From an uncultured Bacillota bacterium (GTDB lineage Bacteria; Sysuimicrobiota; Sysuimicrobiia; Sysuimicrobiales; Segetimicrobiaceae), in assembly GCA_963804645.1 (NCBI GenBank), contig CAWDRG010000009.1, positions 928,001 to 992,000 on the forward strand: DNA of 64,000 nucleotides. The letters run 5' to 3'. The stretch's first letter is position 1, and each line of letters opens with the position of its first letter. Below are positions 18,585 to 29,201 of the stretch, in pieces. Position numbers and translations under genes: made by a program. The notes under the pieces are model-generated. The model was given only the letters and a program-made list of their open reading frames with translations, was not told where the DNA came from and did no database searches.

Positions 18585-20936
18585 TTACGGTCGCGCGGTC
18601 CCGCCGTCCGGCGCGATCGCGTAGCCTGCGGGCGGATCCACGCCCAACAGATGCCGCACGAAGTAATCCCACCGCCGCCGGACGAAATAGGGGTCGCTCG
18701 TACACCCATGCGGGCGGTTCGGCAGGAGCAGCAGGTCGAAGTCCTTGTTGGCGGCGATCAACGCGTCGACCACCTGCAGCGTCGATGCCGGATGCACGTT
18801 CTCGTCCATCTCTCCGTGCATGAGGAGGAGCTTCCCCGCGAGCCGGTGCGCGAGGGTGACGTTGGACTGGTCGTGGTAGTGCGCACCGACCGGCAGCCCC
18901 ATGTAGCGTTCGACCCAGGACGCCTTGTCGAGCCGGTGGTCGTGATTTCCCGCGGACGAGACCGCGACCGTATAGAATTCCGGAAACGTCAGCATCGCGC
19001 GCGTCGACGCGTACCCGCCGGCGGAATGGCCGTAGATCCCGACCCGGGTGACGTCGAGGTACGGATAGCGCGCCGCCAGCTGCCGGATCGCCGCCACGTG
19101 GTCGGCGATTCCGCCGTCCCCGAGATCGCGGTACGAGCGGTCGCCAAACGCCTTCGAGCGGTACGGCATGCCCAGTCCGTCGATCATCACGACCGCGAAC
19201 CCGAGCTCGGCCAGGGCGTGCGCGTGCCACAGATCGCGGAACTTGTTGGGGACCGCGGTCGTGGACGAATATCCTCCAAACGACGTCGGCGCCTGGTTGG
19301 TCTGCGGTCCGGCATAGATGCTGTCCAAGATCGGCAGCCGATCGATCGACCCGGCCTGGAAGTGCGACGGTCGGATCAGGATCCCGTAGATGTCCGTCGT
19401 CCCGTCACGGGCTTTCACGCAGAAGCGCTCGGGCGGCGTCCAGCCGAGTTCGCGGAGGCGGTCGGCGTCTCCCCGCGCCAGCTCGCAGAGGACGGCGCCG
19501 TCCGGTGCGCGCAGCACCGCGACCGGGGGTGCGTCGACGCGCGAATAGGAATCGACGAAGCACGCACCGGACGGCGCGAAGCTGACCTGATGCGTCGCGT
19601 CCTCCGGGGTCAGCACGACCGGCTGCCCGCCGTCCAGTCCGACGCGGTAGAGATGGTTGAAGTACGGGTCGCGACCCGGCTCCCGCCCCATGGCCGTAAA
19701 GCAGACCTGCCGGCCGGCCTCGTCGACGTGCACCACGTCCGTGACCATCCACGCGCCGGTCGTGAGCTGCCGCCGCAGCGCCCCGGTGCTGCCGTCGTAG
19801 AGATAGAGGTGCCCCCACCCGTCGCGCGTCGAGTACCAGAGTACCTGGGCGCCGCCGTCCAGGACCCTGACAATCGGCGCGCCGCCGCTGTGGCTCGGGT
19901 GGGGCTCGATCGCGGTCTCGCCGTGCTCTTCAACCAGCACGCGCGATTCGCCGGACTCCGGATCGATGGCCGAGAGGCGGTACGACTGGAAGCCGCGCCC
20001 CCGCGTCACGGCGTAGATCCGGGCGCCGTCGGGGCTCCACCAGATCCAGTCCGGACGCAGCGGGGAGCCGTAGTACAGGAGGGGCACGGGTTCGCCCCGC
20101 ACGGCGCGAGAGGTGCCGCGTTCCACGTCGACCACCAGCAGATCGGCGGTGGGGACCCGATCGTCGCCGGGCAGCGGATAGGCGTACGAATGCAGCACCG
20201 GGCGCCGGCTTCCGTTTCTCGGGACCGACTGGACCAGATGGTACGTCCCTGCGGCCCGCCGGTCCAGCCGATAGGAGAGGATCCGGCGGCTGTCGGGCGA
20301 CCACAGCACGGTGGGGGCCGGGGGCGCCTCCGGCGCGGGAATGCCGGCGGCCTCGAGCGGCGATGCGAGCGGCGTGCCGTAGTCGTGTTCGGGACGGCCG
20401 TCGGCGGTGAGGGCGCGGACGTCGCCCGTCTCCGTCGAGCGGATGCGGAGGTTGTGGTCGTCCACGAAGACGGTCCACCGGCCGTCGGGCGACGTGGTGC
20501 CGGTGCGGTCGGCCCTCCGATCCAGCCGTTCGCACGTTCCGCCGTCGAGATCGTACACCCACCGGACAGCGCCGACGTCGAACTGGATCGCTGCGCCCCC
20601 GCGCACGAACTCGATGCGGTCGAACGGGAGGGACCCGGCCTCGTACGGCGTGCCCGCGGCGCGCGACAGCGACGCCGCGAGCCGCGCGTGGTCGAACGCC
20701 GGCTCCCGTGTTCCCCGGTGCGAATCCACGACGACGAACGTCCCGCCGCGACGGGTCCGCGCGTGATACCAGAATCGCTCCCCGCCGTCGAGCCAGTGCG
20801 GGTCGACCGTCATGCCGAGCAGCGACCCACCGATGTGCCACGGAAGGAACTGCTCGGCGCGCGCGTACGCGGCCGCCGGCAGCGATCGGGTGCCGCGCGC
20901 GTCGGACGGCCGCCCCGCGGCGTCGTCGCGCTCCAT
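18585..20936 (-). CDS. S9 family peptidase with DPP IV N-terminal beta-propeller
   Basis: GIYGHSAGG nucleophile, HGEMDENVH, YAGPQ, WSPD repeats. Start at MERDD; no signal peptide evident. Confidence 0.92.
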   Translation of the reverse strand: MERDDAAGRPSDARGTRSLPAAAYARAEQFLPWHIGGSLLGMTVDPHWLDGGERFWYHARTRRGGTFVVVDSHRGTREPAFDHARLAASLSRAAGTPYEAGSLPFDRIEFVRGGAAIQFDVGAVRWVYDLDGGTCERLDRRADRTGTTSPDGRWTVFVDDHNLRIRSTETGDVRALTADGRPEHDYGTPLASPLEAAGIPAPEAPPAPTVLWSPDSRRILSYRLDRRAAGTYHLVQSVPRNGSRRPVLHSYAYPLPGDDRVPTADLLVVDVERGTSRAVRGEPVPLLYYGSPLRPDWIWWSPDGARIYAVTRGRGFQSYRLSAIDPESGESRVLVEEHGETAIEPHPSHSGGAPIVRVLDGGAQVLWYSTRDGWGHLYLYDGSTGALRRQLTTGAWMVTDVVHVDEAGRQVCFTAMGREPGRDPYFNHLYRVGLDGGQPVVLTPEDATHQVSFAPSGACFVDSYSRVDAPPVAVLRAPDGAVLCELARGDADRLRELGWTPPERFCVKARDGTTDIYGILIRPSHFQAGSIDRLPILDSIYAGPQTNQAPTSFGGYSSTTAVPNKFRDLWHAHALAELGFAVVMIDGLGMPYRSKAFGDRSYRDLGDGGIADHVAAIRQLAARYPYLDVTRVGIYGHSAGGYASTRAMLTFPEFYTVAVSSAGNHDHRLDKASWVERYMGLPVGAHYHDQSNVTLAHRLAGKLLLMHGEMDENVHPASTLQVVDALIAANKDFDLLLLPNRPHGCTSDPYFVRRRWDYFVRHLLGVDPPAGYAIAPDGGTARP

Positions 20937-20941
20937 CGCCG

Positions 20942-21676
20942 CTACCCCTTCGTCCCCGCCAGCGTCTGGCGGCGGCCGGCCGCCACGTTCGCGAGCTGGA
21001 CGCTCGGGCTCGAGAGCATCCACTGCAGCACGAACGACCTGGCGGCCGCGATTTGCTCGGTCATGATCCGCTCGGCCCGCGCGCCGTCGCCGGCGACCAG
21101 CGCCTCGATCAGATCGTGGTGTTCGTGCGAGGCCTCCTCATTCCGGTCGCGCAGCAGGTGCCCCATGTGGTGGACCCGCGCGACCTTTTCGAGCACCGCG
21201 ACGACCATGTCCGCCAGCACGCGGTTGCCGGACGAGCGTGCGACGATCGTGTGAAATTCCGTGTTGGCCCGCAGGAACGCCTCCGCGCTCGCGCGGTCCC
21301 CGACCCGATAGCGGGCTTCGCACAGCGTGTTGAGCCGCCGGAGGTGGGCGCCGTCGACGTGGCTCGCGGCGCGCCGGGCGGCGGCCGGTTCGAGCAGGAG
21401 GCGGACGTCGAAGAGCTCCTGCACGTGCTTGAGCGTGATCGGCGTGACGACGTAGCGCTGGCGGGTCACGAGCTCGACGAACTGCTCCTGGTACAGGCGC
21501 TTGAGCGCCGCGCGGACCGCTGCCCGTCCCACGCCGTACAGGCCCGCGAGCTGCTCTTCGCTCACCGGCCGGCCCGGCTCGAGTTCGCAGCGGATGATGT
21601 CGCGTTTGATCAGCGCGTACGCGGTCTCGGTCAGCGGTCGCGCGCGTTGGTGCCGGGCGCGCCGAGCGGTTGGCAT
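20942..21676 (-). CDS. GntR family transcriptional regulator (FCD domain)
   Basis: LEPG..SEEQLA..GVGRAAVRAALKRL; ANTEFH..SGN; EHHDL. RBS GGAGGAG. Confidence 0.93.
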   Translation of the reverse strand: MPTARRARHQRARPLTETAYALIKRDIIRCELEPGRPVSEEQLAGLYGVGRAAVRAALKRLYQEQFVELVTRQRYVVTPITLKHVQELFDVRLLLEPAAARRAASHVDGAHLRRLNTLCEARYRVGDRASAEAFLRANTEFHTIVARSSGNRVLADMVVAVLEKVARVHHMGHLLRDRNEEASHEHHDLIEALVAGDGARAERIMTEQIAAARSFVLQWMLSSPSVQLANVAAGRRQTLAGTKG

Positions 21677-21723
21677 CCTCACTCCTCCCGCGTGTGCTCT
21701 CTCGCCGTCCGACCGGATTCTCA

Positions 21724-21755
21724 TCTACCATAATCGGGTAGACGAACGTTGTAAA
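21724..21755 (-). promoter_or_regulatory. gntR promoter (TTTACA-N17-TATGGT) overlapped by palindrome TCTACC-N7-GGTAGA
   Basis: Minus-strand -35 at 21755-21750 and -10 at 21732-21727. Inverted repeat at 21724-21742. Confidence 0.55.
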
Positions 21756-21756
21756 G

Positions 21757-21823
21757 CGGGCTCCTGAGACGAGCGGGACGGGCTCCCGCCGTAATTGACA
21801 CGGGCTCCCGGCGCCGCTAACAT
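21757..21823 (+). promoter_or_regulatory. sigma70 promoter TTGACA-N17-TAACAT with three phased CGGGCTCC repeats
   Basis: Consensus -35 at 21795-21800 and -10 at 21818-21823. CGGGCTCC at 21757, 21779 and 21801. Confidence 0.7.
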
Positions 21824-21885
21824 GAGGGCTAACGCCGTTCGGACGCCGACCTCGAAGCCATAGCGCAGCGTGAGAGGAACGCGAC

Positions 21886-22841
21886 GTGTGGAGCTACTTC
21901 CTCAGGCGTCTGCTCCTGTCGATCCCGACCGTCCTCGGAGCGGTCACGCTGGGTGTTCTGCGTGATGCGCGTCATCCCGGGGGACCCGATCGCGCTGCTC
22001 ATCCCGCCGGATACCCCGGGCGCCGACACCGCGGCGGCTGCCGCCAGGATCCGACACGAGTACGGGTTCGACCGGCCACTGTATCAGCAGTATCTCCAGT
22101 ACCTGCGTCAGATGGCCACCGGCGACTTCGGCCGGCTCGATCCGGCAAAACACGGTGGTGTCGGCGGACCTCGCGTTTCGCGTGCCCAACACCCTGGAAC
22201 TCGGGCTGCCCGCGCTCGCGCTGTCCATCGTGCTGGGGATCGCGCTCGGCACCGTGTCGGCGGTGCGCCGCGGCACGTGGATCGACGGCGCGGCGATCTT
22301 CGGGGCGCTGTTCGGCGTGTCGGTGCCCGATTTCTGGCTCGCGCTGATGCTGATCCTGCTGCTGGCGCTGCGCTTCCCGCTGCTGCCCCCCTCGGGGTGG
22401 GGCGGCCCGATCTACACGGCCGCCGGCGCGTCTCACCTCGTCCTGCCGGTCATCGTGCTGGCGCTCGGGAGCGCCGGCGCGCTGGCCCGGTACACGCGCT
22501 CGAGCATGCTCGAGGTGATCAACCACGACTACGTGCGCACGGCGAGGGCCAAGGGGCTCAGGGAGGCCGCCGTGATCAGGCGGCACGTGCTGCGTACGTC
22601 GCTGCCGACGATCATCACGCTGCTGGGGCTCGGGTTCGGCCGGGTGCTCGGCGGTACCGTGATCGTCGAGACGGTGTTCGGGTGGCCGGGCGTCGGCCGG
22701 TACCTCGTGAGCGGGATCAACGGCCGCGATTACCCGGTAGTGCAGGCGGCCGTGCTGCTGGTCGCCGTCTCGTTCGTCGCGGCGAACCTGCTGACCGATC
22801 TCATGCTCGTCTACGTCGACCCGCGCATCAGGTACGGTTGA
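21886..22841 (+). pseudogene. peptide ABC permease (DppB-type) with two +1 frameshifts (~21951, ~22135); possibly sequencing errors
   Basis: Fragments in three frames join as MWSYFLRRLL..VTL|VFCVMRVIPGDP..GDFGR|SIRQNTVVSADL..DYVRTARAKGL..DPRIRYG. Confidence 0.85.
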
Positions 22842-23809
22842 CGGGCGGAAGCGACGGCCCGGCGGCGCGTCCCGCGGATGGACGTGCGGCTGCTTCGATC
22901 GGGCGTCAGCCCGGACCGTTCCGCCTGCGGTCGGATCGTGCAGCCCGGCCCGGCGTACGGAGCGCGGCGGGATCACGACGCTGCGCCGCCTCGGACGCGA
23001 GCTCGCGCGCAACCGGCTGGCGTTCGTCGGCGCGCTGTACCTGGTGGTGATCTTGAGCGTCGCGGCGCTGGCCCCGACGCTCTCGCCCTACTCGCCGCTG
23101 AGGCAGGACCTCCTCAGCCGGCTCGACCCGCCGTCGGCCGAGCACTGGCTCGGCACCGACGAGGCCGGCCGCGACGAGCTGTCGCGCCTGATCTACGGGG
23201 CCCGGGTATCGTTGTCCATCGCCGTGATGGGTACCCTGGGCGGGGTCGTGCTGGGGGCTACGTTGGGGCTGGCGGCGGGTTTCCTCGGCGGGACAACCGA
23301 CCACGTGGCGATGCGGCTCGTCGACGTGATGTACGCGTTTCCGGGCATCCTGCTGGCGATCCTCATCGTCGCCGTGATGGGGCCCAGCCTCCTCAACCTG
23401 GTCGTCGCCCTGACGGTGTTCAACACGCCGACGCTGGCCCGGATCGTTCGCGCGAGCGTTTTGTCGCTGAAGTCGCGGGAGTTCATCGAGGCGGCCCGGG
23501 CGATCGGCGCCGCGCAGCCCCGGATCGTGTTCCGCCACCTCGTGCCGAACACGCTCGCGCCCATCATCGTGAACGCCGACGCTCGGCGTCGCCGGCGCGC
23601 TCCTCACCGCCGCCGCGCTCGGGTTCCTCGGCGTCGGCGTGCAACCCCCGACGGCCGAGTGGGGCGCGATGCTGAGCGCGGGGCAGGAGTATATGCGGAA
23701 CGACTCCTACCTCGTGACGCTCCCGGGCCTCCTGATTCTCCTGACGGTACTGTCGGTGAACCTGGTCGGGGACACGCTGCGGGACGCCCTCGACCCCCAC
23801 CTGCGATGA
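22838..23809 (+). pseudogene. peptide ABC permease (DppC-type), +1 frameshift at ~23576; start uncertain, another shift possible
   Basis: HWLGTDEAGRD, REFIEAARAIGA, HLVPN; continues in another frame as TLGVAGALL..GFLGVGVQPPTAEWG..NLVGDTLRDALDPHLR*. Confidence 0.8.
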
Positions 23810-23820
23810 TTGGAGGTGAC

Positions 23821-23880
23821 ATGTCGTCGAAGTCGGGAAAGAGGGTCGTGACGGTACGTCCGGCGCGTCACGCAGATTAG
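23821..23880 (+). CDS. putative 19-aa small ORF MSSKSGKRVVTVRPARHAD
   Basis: SD GGAGG(TG) at 23812 directly before ATG 23821; lies between the permease and SBP genes. Confidence 0.3.
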   Translation: MSSKSGKRVVTVRPARHAD

Positions 23881-23899
23881 GGATCGGGGAGGGATGTGC

Positions 23900-25564
23900 A
23901 TGGACCGCTCGGTGGATAGGCGTGACCTCGTGAACGCGACGCTTCGCAGCCCGACGTCGCGCCGCGCGCTCCTGCGGCGGGCGGCGCTCGCCGGCCTCGC
24001 GCTGCCTGCGGTCGGCGGATGGCTGTCCAGGCCGGGACTTCCCGCGGCGTGGGCCGCGGCCGCGAAGGGCGGGACCGCCACGGTTCCGGCGACCGCCAGC
24101 CCGACGTCATGGGACCTCACGAAAGCCGATTGGATCACCTGGGGGTCGGTGAACTATCTGTACGACCGGCTGCTCGACGCAGACAACAACGAGAACCTCA
24201 AGCCGATGCTCGCGACGTCGTGGAGCGTGTCCAAGGACGGGATGACGTACACGCTGAAGCTGCGGCGGGGCGCCACGTTCCACGACGGGACGCCCTACAA
24301 CGCCGCGGCGGCGAAGTTCAACTTCGAGCGCCACACGCTCAACAAAGACTCGCGGTACTATCCCCTCTGGGGCCAGATGGTTGACCGCATCGAGACGCCG
24401 GACGATTACACGGTCGCGGTGGTGCTCACCCAGCCCAACGCGGACATGCTCTACAACTTCGCAGACTGGGGCGCGCTCCAAGTCAGCCCCACCGCGATGA
24501 AGCAGCTCGGCGCCAATTACCCGTCGCACCCGGTGGGCACCGGGCCGTTCAAGTTCCAGGCGTACGTGCCGGACAGCCACATCCAATACACCGCCAACGC
24601 GCAGTACTGGCAGAAGGCGCCCATGCTGGACGGGCTGCTGGTCAACATCCTGCCCGACATGAACGTCGAGATGGACAACCTGCAGGCGAAGACGCTGGAC
24701 CTGCTCTACTACGTTGACCCCAAGGACGTCGCCAACGTGAAGAAGATGGGGGCCGTCTTGGAGGCTCTCACAGTGCCGGGCGTCAGCTTCATCAGCATGA
24801 ACCTCACGCAGCCGCCGACCACGGAGCTGGCCGTGCGGAAGGCGATCGCGCGCTCCGTGGACCGCGACGCCATGATCCAGAAGCTGCTGTACGGGTACGC
24901 CGTCAAGTCGCGCGCGGGCGCATCCCCGCAGTCGCACTACTACAACGCCGATGTGCCGATGATCGACTACAACCCGGCCGAAGCCGCGAGGATCCTCGAC
25001 GAAGCCGGCTGGCAGAAAGGGCCGGATGGCATCCGGCAGCGGAACGGCACCCGGCTGTCGTTGAGCCTGCTGTCCGCGAGCTTCCAGAACCAGCCGCTCA
25101 TCAATCAGGTCATCCAGGAGCAGCTCAAGGTCGTGGGCATCGACTCGCAGATCACGAGCCTGGAATGGGGCACCTACCTCGACACGTGGCGGGAGAACAA
25201 GGGCGGGTGGAACATCACGTTCGGCTCGCAGGGGTCGGTGTTCGCCTCGACCGCGCTCATGGAGTGCTCGTGGCAGCCGAACGCGTACTGGAACATCTGC
25301 CAGCTCGGTAAGAGCACGGATCCGCAGATCCAGAAGGTGGCGGCGCAGCTCCTGTCGATCCAAAATGATGCGCTCGCGACTCCGGATCAGACGAAGCGCC
25401 GGGCACTCGCGAAGCAGGCGCAGACGCTGTACCAGGACAACCAGCTGACCATGTGGCTGTGGCACGGTCAGTCGCTGACCGCCCTGCAGCCGTATCTCAA
25501 GGACTACGACATGGTGTGGCACGGCCGGGTCGTGGGGCTCTCACGCGCCTGGCTGAACAAGTAG
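23900..25564 (+). CDS. peptide ABC transporter substrate-binding protein (family 5), Tat signal
   Basis: SRRALL; PMLATSW..YTLKLR.G.TFHDGTP; PVGTGPF. Confidence 0.92.
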   Translation: MDRSVDRRDLVNATLRSPTSRRALLRRAALAGLALPAVGGWLSRPGLPAAWAAAAKGGTATVPATASPTSWDLTKADWITWGSVNYLYDRLLDADNNENLKPMLATSWSVSKDGMTYTLKLRRGATFHDGTPYNAAAAKFNFERHTLNKDSRYYPLWGQMVDRIETPDDYTVAVVLTQPNADMLYNFADWGALQVSPTAMKQLGANYPSHPVGTGPFKFQAYVPDSHIQYTANAQYWQKAPMLDGLLVNILPDMNVEMDNLQAKTLDLLYYVDPKDVANVKKMGAVLEALTVPGVSFISMNLTQPPTTELAVRKAIARSVDRDAMIQKLLYGYAVKSRAGASPQSHYYNADVPMIDYNPAEAARILDEAGWQKGPDGIRQRNGTRLSLSLLSASFQNQPLINQVIQEQLKVVGIDSQITSLEWGTYLDTWRENKGGWNITFGSQGSVFASTALMECSWQPNAYWNICQLGKSTDPQIQKVAAQLLSIQNDALATPDQTKRRALAKQAQTLYQDNQLTMWLWHGQSLTALQPYLKDYDMVWHGRVVGLSRAWLNK

Positions 25565-27233
25565 GTGTCCGCGGGCGGCGGGCCGGACGGCGCCGTTCGG
25601 GCGGGAGAGGAGTGGCGGGGGGCGGCGGGCGCCGCGGAGGCGCTCCGCCGCACCGACCGCCTGGTCGCGGACCTGTACGCCCGCTACGACGCGCTCCTGG
25701 ACCGGGAGCGCGAGCTCTTCATCCCGACGCCGGAACGGTTCGACGCGCTGCTCGACGAGATCCGCGCGGCACGACTGGCGGCGGATCGGCTGGACGCCCC
25801 CCTGGGGGCGCCGGCCGCGGTGGTGATCGAGAACATCCAGGAGGTGCTGGACGCGTTTGATGCGCGCGTCCGCGCCGACCGGGAGTTCCCCAACCGGTTC
25901 GTGTCGCAAATCGCCCGCAGAGTGACGGCGCTGCTGCGGCTCGATCCGCGCTCCGATGCCGAGCGCGCCGACACGCTCGACGCGCTCGCCTCACAGATCG
26001 GCGCGGTGGTGCGCGCGGCGGCCGATCGCGCCGCGGAGCTCCCCGGCGACCGGCGCGAGATCACGGCACGGACGATCGGCGAGCTGACGGCGTTTCTTGC
26101 GCAGCTCGACGGGGGCCCGCTCGGGGCGGCGATGCCCTCCGTGTCCGCGGGCACCGTGAGGGCGCTCGAAGGGCGGCTGCGCGGGGCCGCAGACACTGCC
26201 CGGGCGGCGGCGGACCATGTCCGGCGCGCCCGCGCGTCCGTGGCCGGCTCCCCGGATCCCCTCGACTATGTGGAGACGCTGCGGCGCGTCTACGGGATCG
26301 AGATCGGGGACCTCGTGGCCATGCATCGAAGCGAGGTCGGGCGGTGCCGCGTGCACCTTGACGCGGCCGCGGCGCGGTGCGATCCGTCGCGCGACCCGTT
26401 CCAAATTCTTGACGACGACCTCGGCCCGTACGAGAGCGCCGACGCGATGGACGCGGCGATGCGGCGGTTCGTGGCGCTCGCCCGGCAGCGGTCGCTCGAG
26501 CACGTCACCCTCCCGGACAACGAAACGTGCGCGGTGTGGCGCGTGCCGGAGTACCTCAGCGACTCCTACCCATGGGGTGGCTACTTCTCGTTCGGCAGCC
26601 CACTCGCCGGGCAGCCGCGCGGTGCCGTGTTCCTCAACGCCGGCAACTACCGTACGGTGACGCGGGGGTGGGTGGAACTGAACGCGATCCACGAGTGCTA
26701 TCCCGGGCACCACGCGCAGTTCGTGAAGACGGCCGTCGGAGACATGCCGTTGAGCTTCAAGGTCGGGACGGCCACATCCCGGGCGACCCCGCTGTCCGAA
26801 GGCATCGCCGTCCGCACGGAAACGCTCATGCAGGACATCTTCGACGAACCGGCGTTCCCGGTGTTCGTGGCGTTTCGCCGGCTCCACACCGCGCTGCGCA
26901 TCTGGATCGATCTCGTCCTCCACTATTTCCAGGACCCGCACCCGGCCGAGACGGCCGTGGCGCTGTACGTCGAGCATCTGCGCCTCGCGCCGCACGTGGC
27001 CCGCGGCCAGGTGTACTCGCAGCAACTCACGCCGGGCTACTTTACGACCTACTACTACGGCGTCACGGCGCTGGAACGGATCGAAGCGGCGTGCGGCTGG
27101 GACGAGCGCCGGTTCACCGAACTCGTCTTTCTCGTGCGGCAAGGTGTCGCTGGCGGTGTTGAAGCGCCTGCTCGGGCTGCCGGCGCCGGCCCAGCGGGCG
27201 CTCCTGAGAAACTTCTCGACGCTCGTCATGTAA
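25565..27233 (+). CDS. DUF885 family protein (HExxPGHH); +1 frameshift at ~27129 near the C-terminus
   Basis: IHECYPGHHAQ, LSEG, RIWIDLVLH, PGYFTTYYYG. Likely true end FSCGKVSL..VM* at 27233. Confidence 0.8.
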
Positions 27234-27389
27234 GCGGCCGGCGCACGCGCTTCTGTCTCGGCGCCGCCGCGTCCGCAATCCCCGAGGGCGCGACGTGAGG
27301 ACCGCCCCCGTGCGCATATCCCGGGTGACATGCGGCGCCGAACCGGCGCGCACGCTCGTACGATCGAACCGGTTGAGTCCCAGGACGCG

Positions 27390-28217
27390 TCAGTCGCGGT
27401 ACGGTGCGCGTGCGTCGAACTCCCGCGCCGCCCCATCCATGCGCACGAACGCGGCGCCGAGTCCGGCCAGCGCGTCGATCAACCGCTCCAGGAACAGCAT
27501 CCGGTGGCCGCGGCCGATCGCCTGCGGATGAAAGGTGTAGGTCAGCACACCCCACTCCGTGGTCCGCACCATGTACCGAAAGTCGTCGGTCCAATTCTCG
27601 AGCACGTCGCTTGAGGACCGAAGACCGGGCAGGACGCCGGTATACTCGAAATGCTGGTAGTCGGACAGGGACCAGCTCACCGGCATTTCGATGAGCGGCG
27701 TCGCGGTCCCGAACCGCGCCGGCGCGTCGCTGGCAAACACGTCGCCGCGGCGGGCCCGGTACGGTTGCGCGTCGTGCGCCATCATGCTCGTGTCGTACGT
27801 GAAGCCGTGCGCGGTGAGCAGGTCCACGGTATGCGGGCTCAGATCCCACGACGGCGATCGATATCCGCTCGGGGTCACCCCGATCACGTCGCGAATCGCC
27901 GCGAGGCCGCGGACGAGCACGTCCTCCTCCGCCGCTCGCGGCAGCGTCGCGGGCGGTTCGTGGAGATACCCGTGGTGGCCGATTTCGTGCCCCGCCGCGT
28001 GCACGCGGCGGCACAGCGCCGGGTACGTGTGCACGGTGTGGCCGGGGATGAACCACGTCGCCGTGATTCCGCGGCGCGCGAGCAGGCCCAGGATGCGCTC
28101 CGCGCCGACGACCCCGAACTCGCCCCTCGAGATCGGAGTGGGCGTCGTCATGCCGCGCAAGATCCAGCTGGAGAGCGCATCGAAATCAAACGTGAGGCAC
28201 GCGAGATGACGGGCCAC
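27390..28217 (-). CDS. polysaccharide deacetylase family (CE4, PuuE/HpPgdA-like)
   Basis: LTFDFD, SRGEFG, ATWFIPG, HEIGHHGYLHE, GYRSPSW, TFHPQAIGR. GTG start with RBS GGAGGAG. Confidence 0.92.
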   Translation of the reverse strand: MARHLACLTFDFDALSSWILRGMTTPTPISRGEFGVVGAERILGLLARRGITATWFIPGHTVHTYPALCRRVHAAGHEIGHHGYLHEPPATLPRAAEEDVLVRGLAAIRDVIGVTPSGYRSPSWDLSPHTVDLLTAHGFTYDTSMMAHDAQPYRARRGDVFASDAPARFGTATPLIEMPVSWSLSDYQHFEYTGVLPGLRSSSDVLENWTDDFRYMVRTTEWGVLTYTFHPQAIGRGHRMLFLERLIDALAGLGAAFVRMDGAAREFDARAPYRD

Positions 28218-28620
28218 CCGCACTCCTCCGGGCCCGCGGGCTCCGAGCGCCCGCGCGTCCCCTGCGCCGCCCGCGGAGGTATTCGGGCGCGGTCCCCCGG
28301 GGGCCTGCGCATGGGACGCCGGCGTGCCGGCCGGTCCCGCCCGACCGGACCCGCGGGTTGACGTGTCTGCGATGGTCCCGGCCGCACGGCCGGCCAGCAC
28401 TCCGGTGAATCACTAGGCTCGAGCGACTTCGCACTTCACGCGTCGAGGTGCCGCGCGCGTCGTGTCCCGCGGGCGTTGTGCTGGAGTCCTCGGCGGCGCT
28501 GCCAATCCGGTACCGGGTCGTTTCCGAATAACATACCAAAGGTTGCATTCAGGTCGCGGGAGCGCAGCCGCCCGCGATCCTCGGTGCGACGGAGACCACT
28601 CGCGTCAAGGAGGGAATGGC

Positions 28621-29067
28621 ATGTACAAGTCCGTGGGTAGGCTCGCGGTAGTCGCCCTGCTGGTGGCGTGCACGACCACCATGAGTTTCGCTCAGACCCA
28701 GTCGCTCTACGACCGGTTGGGCGGGAAGGCCGCCATCACGGCCGTGGTCGACCAGTTCGTCGCGAACGTCGGGGCGGACAACCGGATCAACGGCTTCTTC
28801 AAGGCGACCGTCGCGGATCCGCAGCGGCTCGCGAACTTCAAGATGAACCTCGTGAATCAGATCTGCCAGGGCACCGGCGGGCCGTGCACGTACACCGGCA
28901 AGACCATGAAGGCCGCGCACCAGGGCATGGGGATCACCGACGCCAACTTCAACGCGCTCGTCGAGGATCTTGTGGCGGCACTGAACAAGTTCAACGTGCC
29001 GGCGCAGACGCAGAAGGACCTGCTGGCGATTCTGGGCCCCATGAAGGCCGACATCGTCGGACAGTAG
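28621..29067 (+). CDS. glbN: group I truncated haemoglobin with N-terminal signal peptide
   Basis: SLYDRLGG..AITAVVD, DNRINGFF, TGGPCTYTG..MKAAHQGMGIT (proximal His). RBS AGGAGG. Confidence 0.92.
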   Translation: MYKSVGRLAVVALLVACTTTMSFAQTQSLYDRLGGKAAITAVVDQFVANVGADNRINGFFKATVADPQRLANFKMNLVNQICQGTGGPCTYTGKTMKAAHQGMGITDANFNALVEDLVAALNKFNVPAQTQKDLLAILGPMKADIVGQ

Positions 29068-29089
29068 CCGCCTCGAACAGCGGTGGTGT

Positions 29090-29124
29090 GCACACAGGGA
29101 GCCCGGCGCGGGCTCCCTGTGTGC
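29090..29124 (+). terminator. strong stem-loop after the globin gene
   Basis: 16-bp perfect stem GCACACAGGGAGCCCG/CGGGCTCCCTGTGTGC; no clear U-tract. Confidence 0.6.
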
Positions 29125-29201
29125 TGCCGCGCGGCCGGCTGGATCCGACGCGCGCCCGACGGGAGGACTGGCGCGCCGGGCCAACAAAGTACAGGTCGCG
29201 G

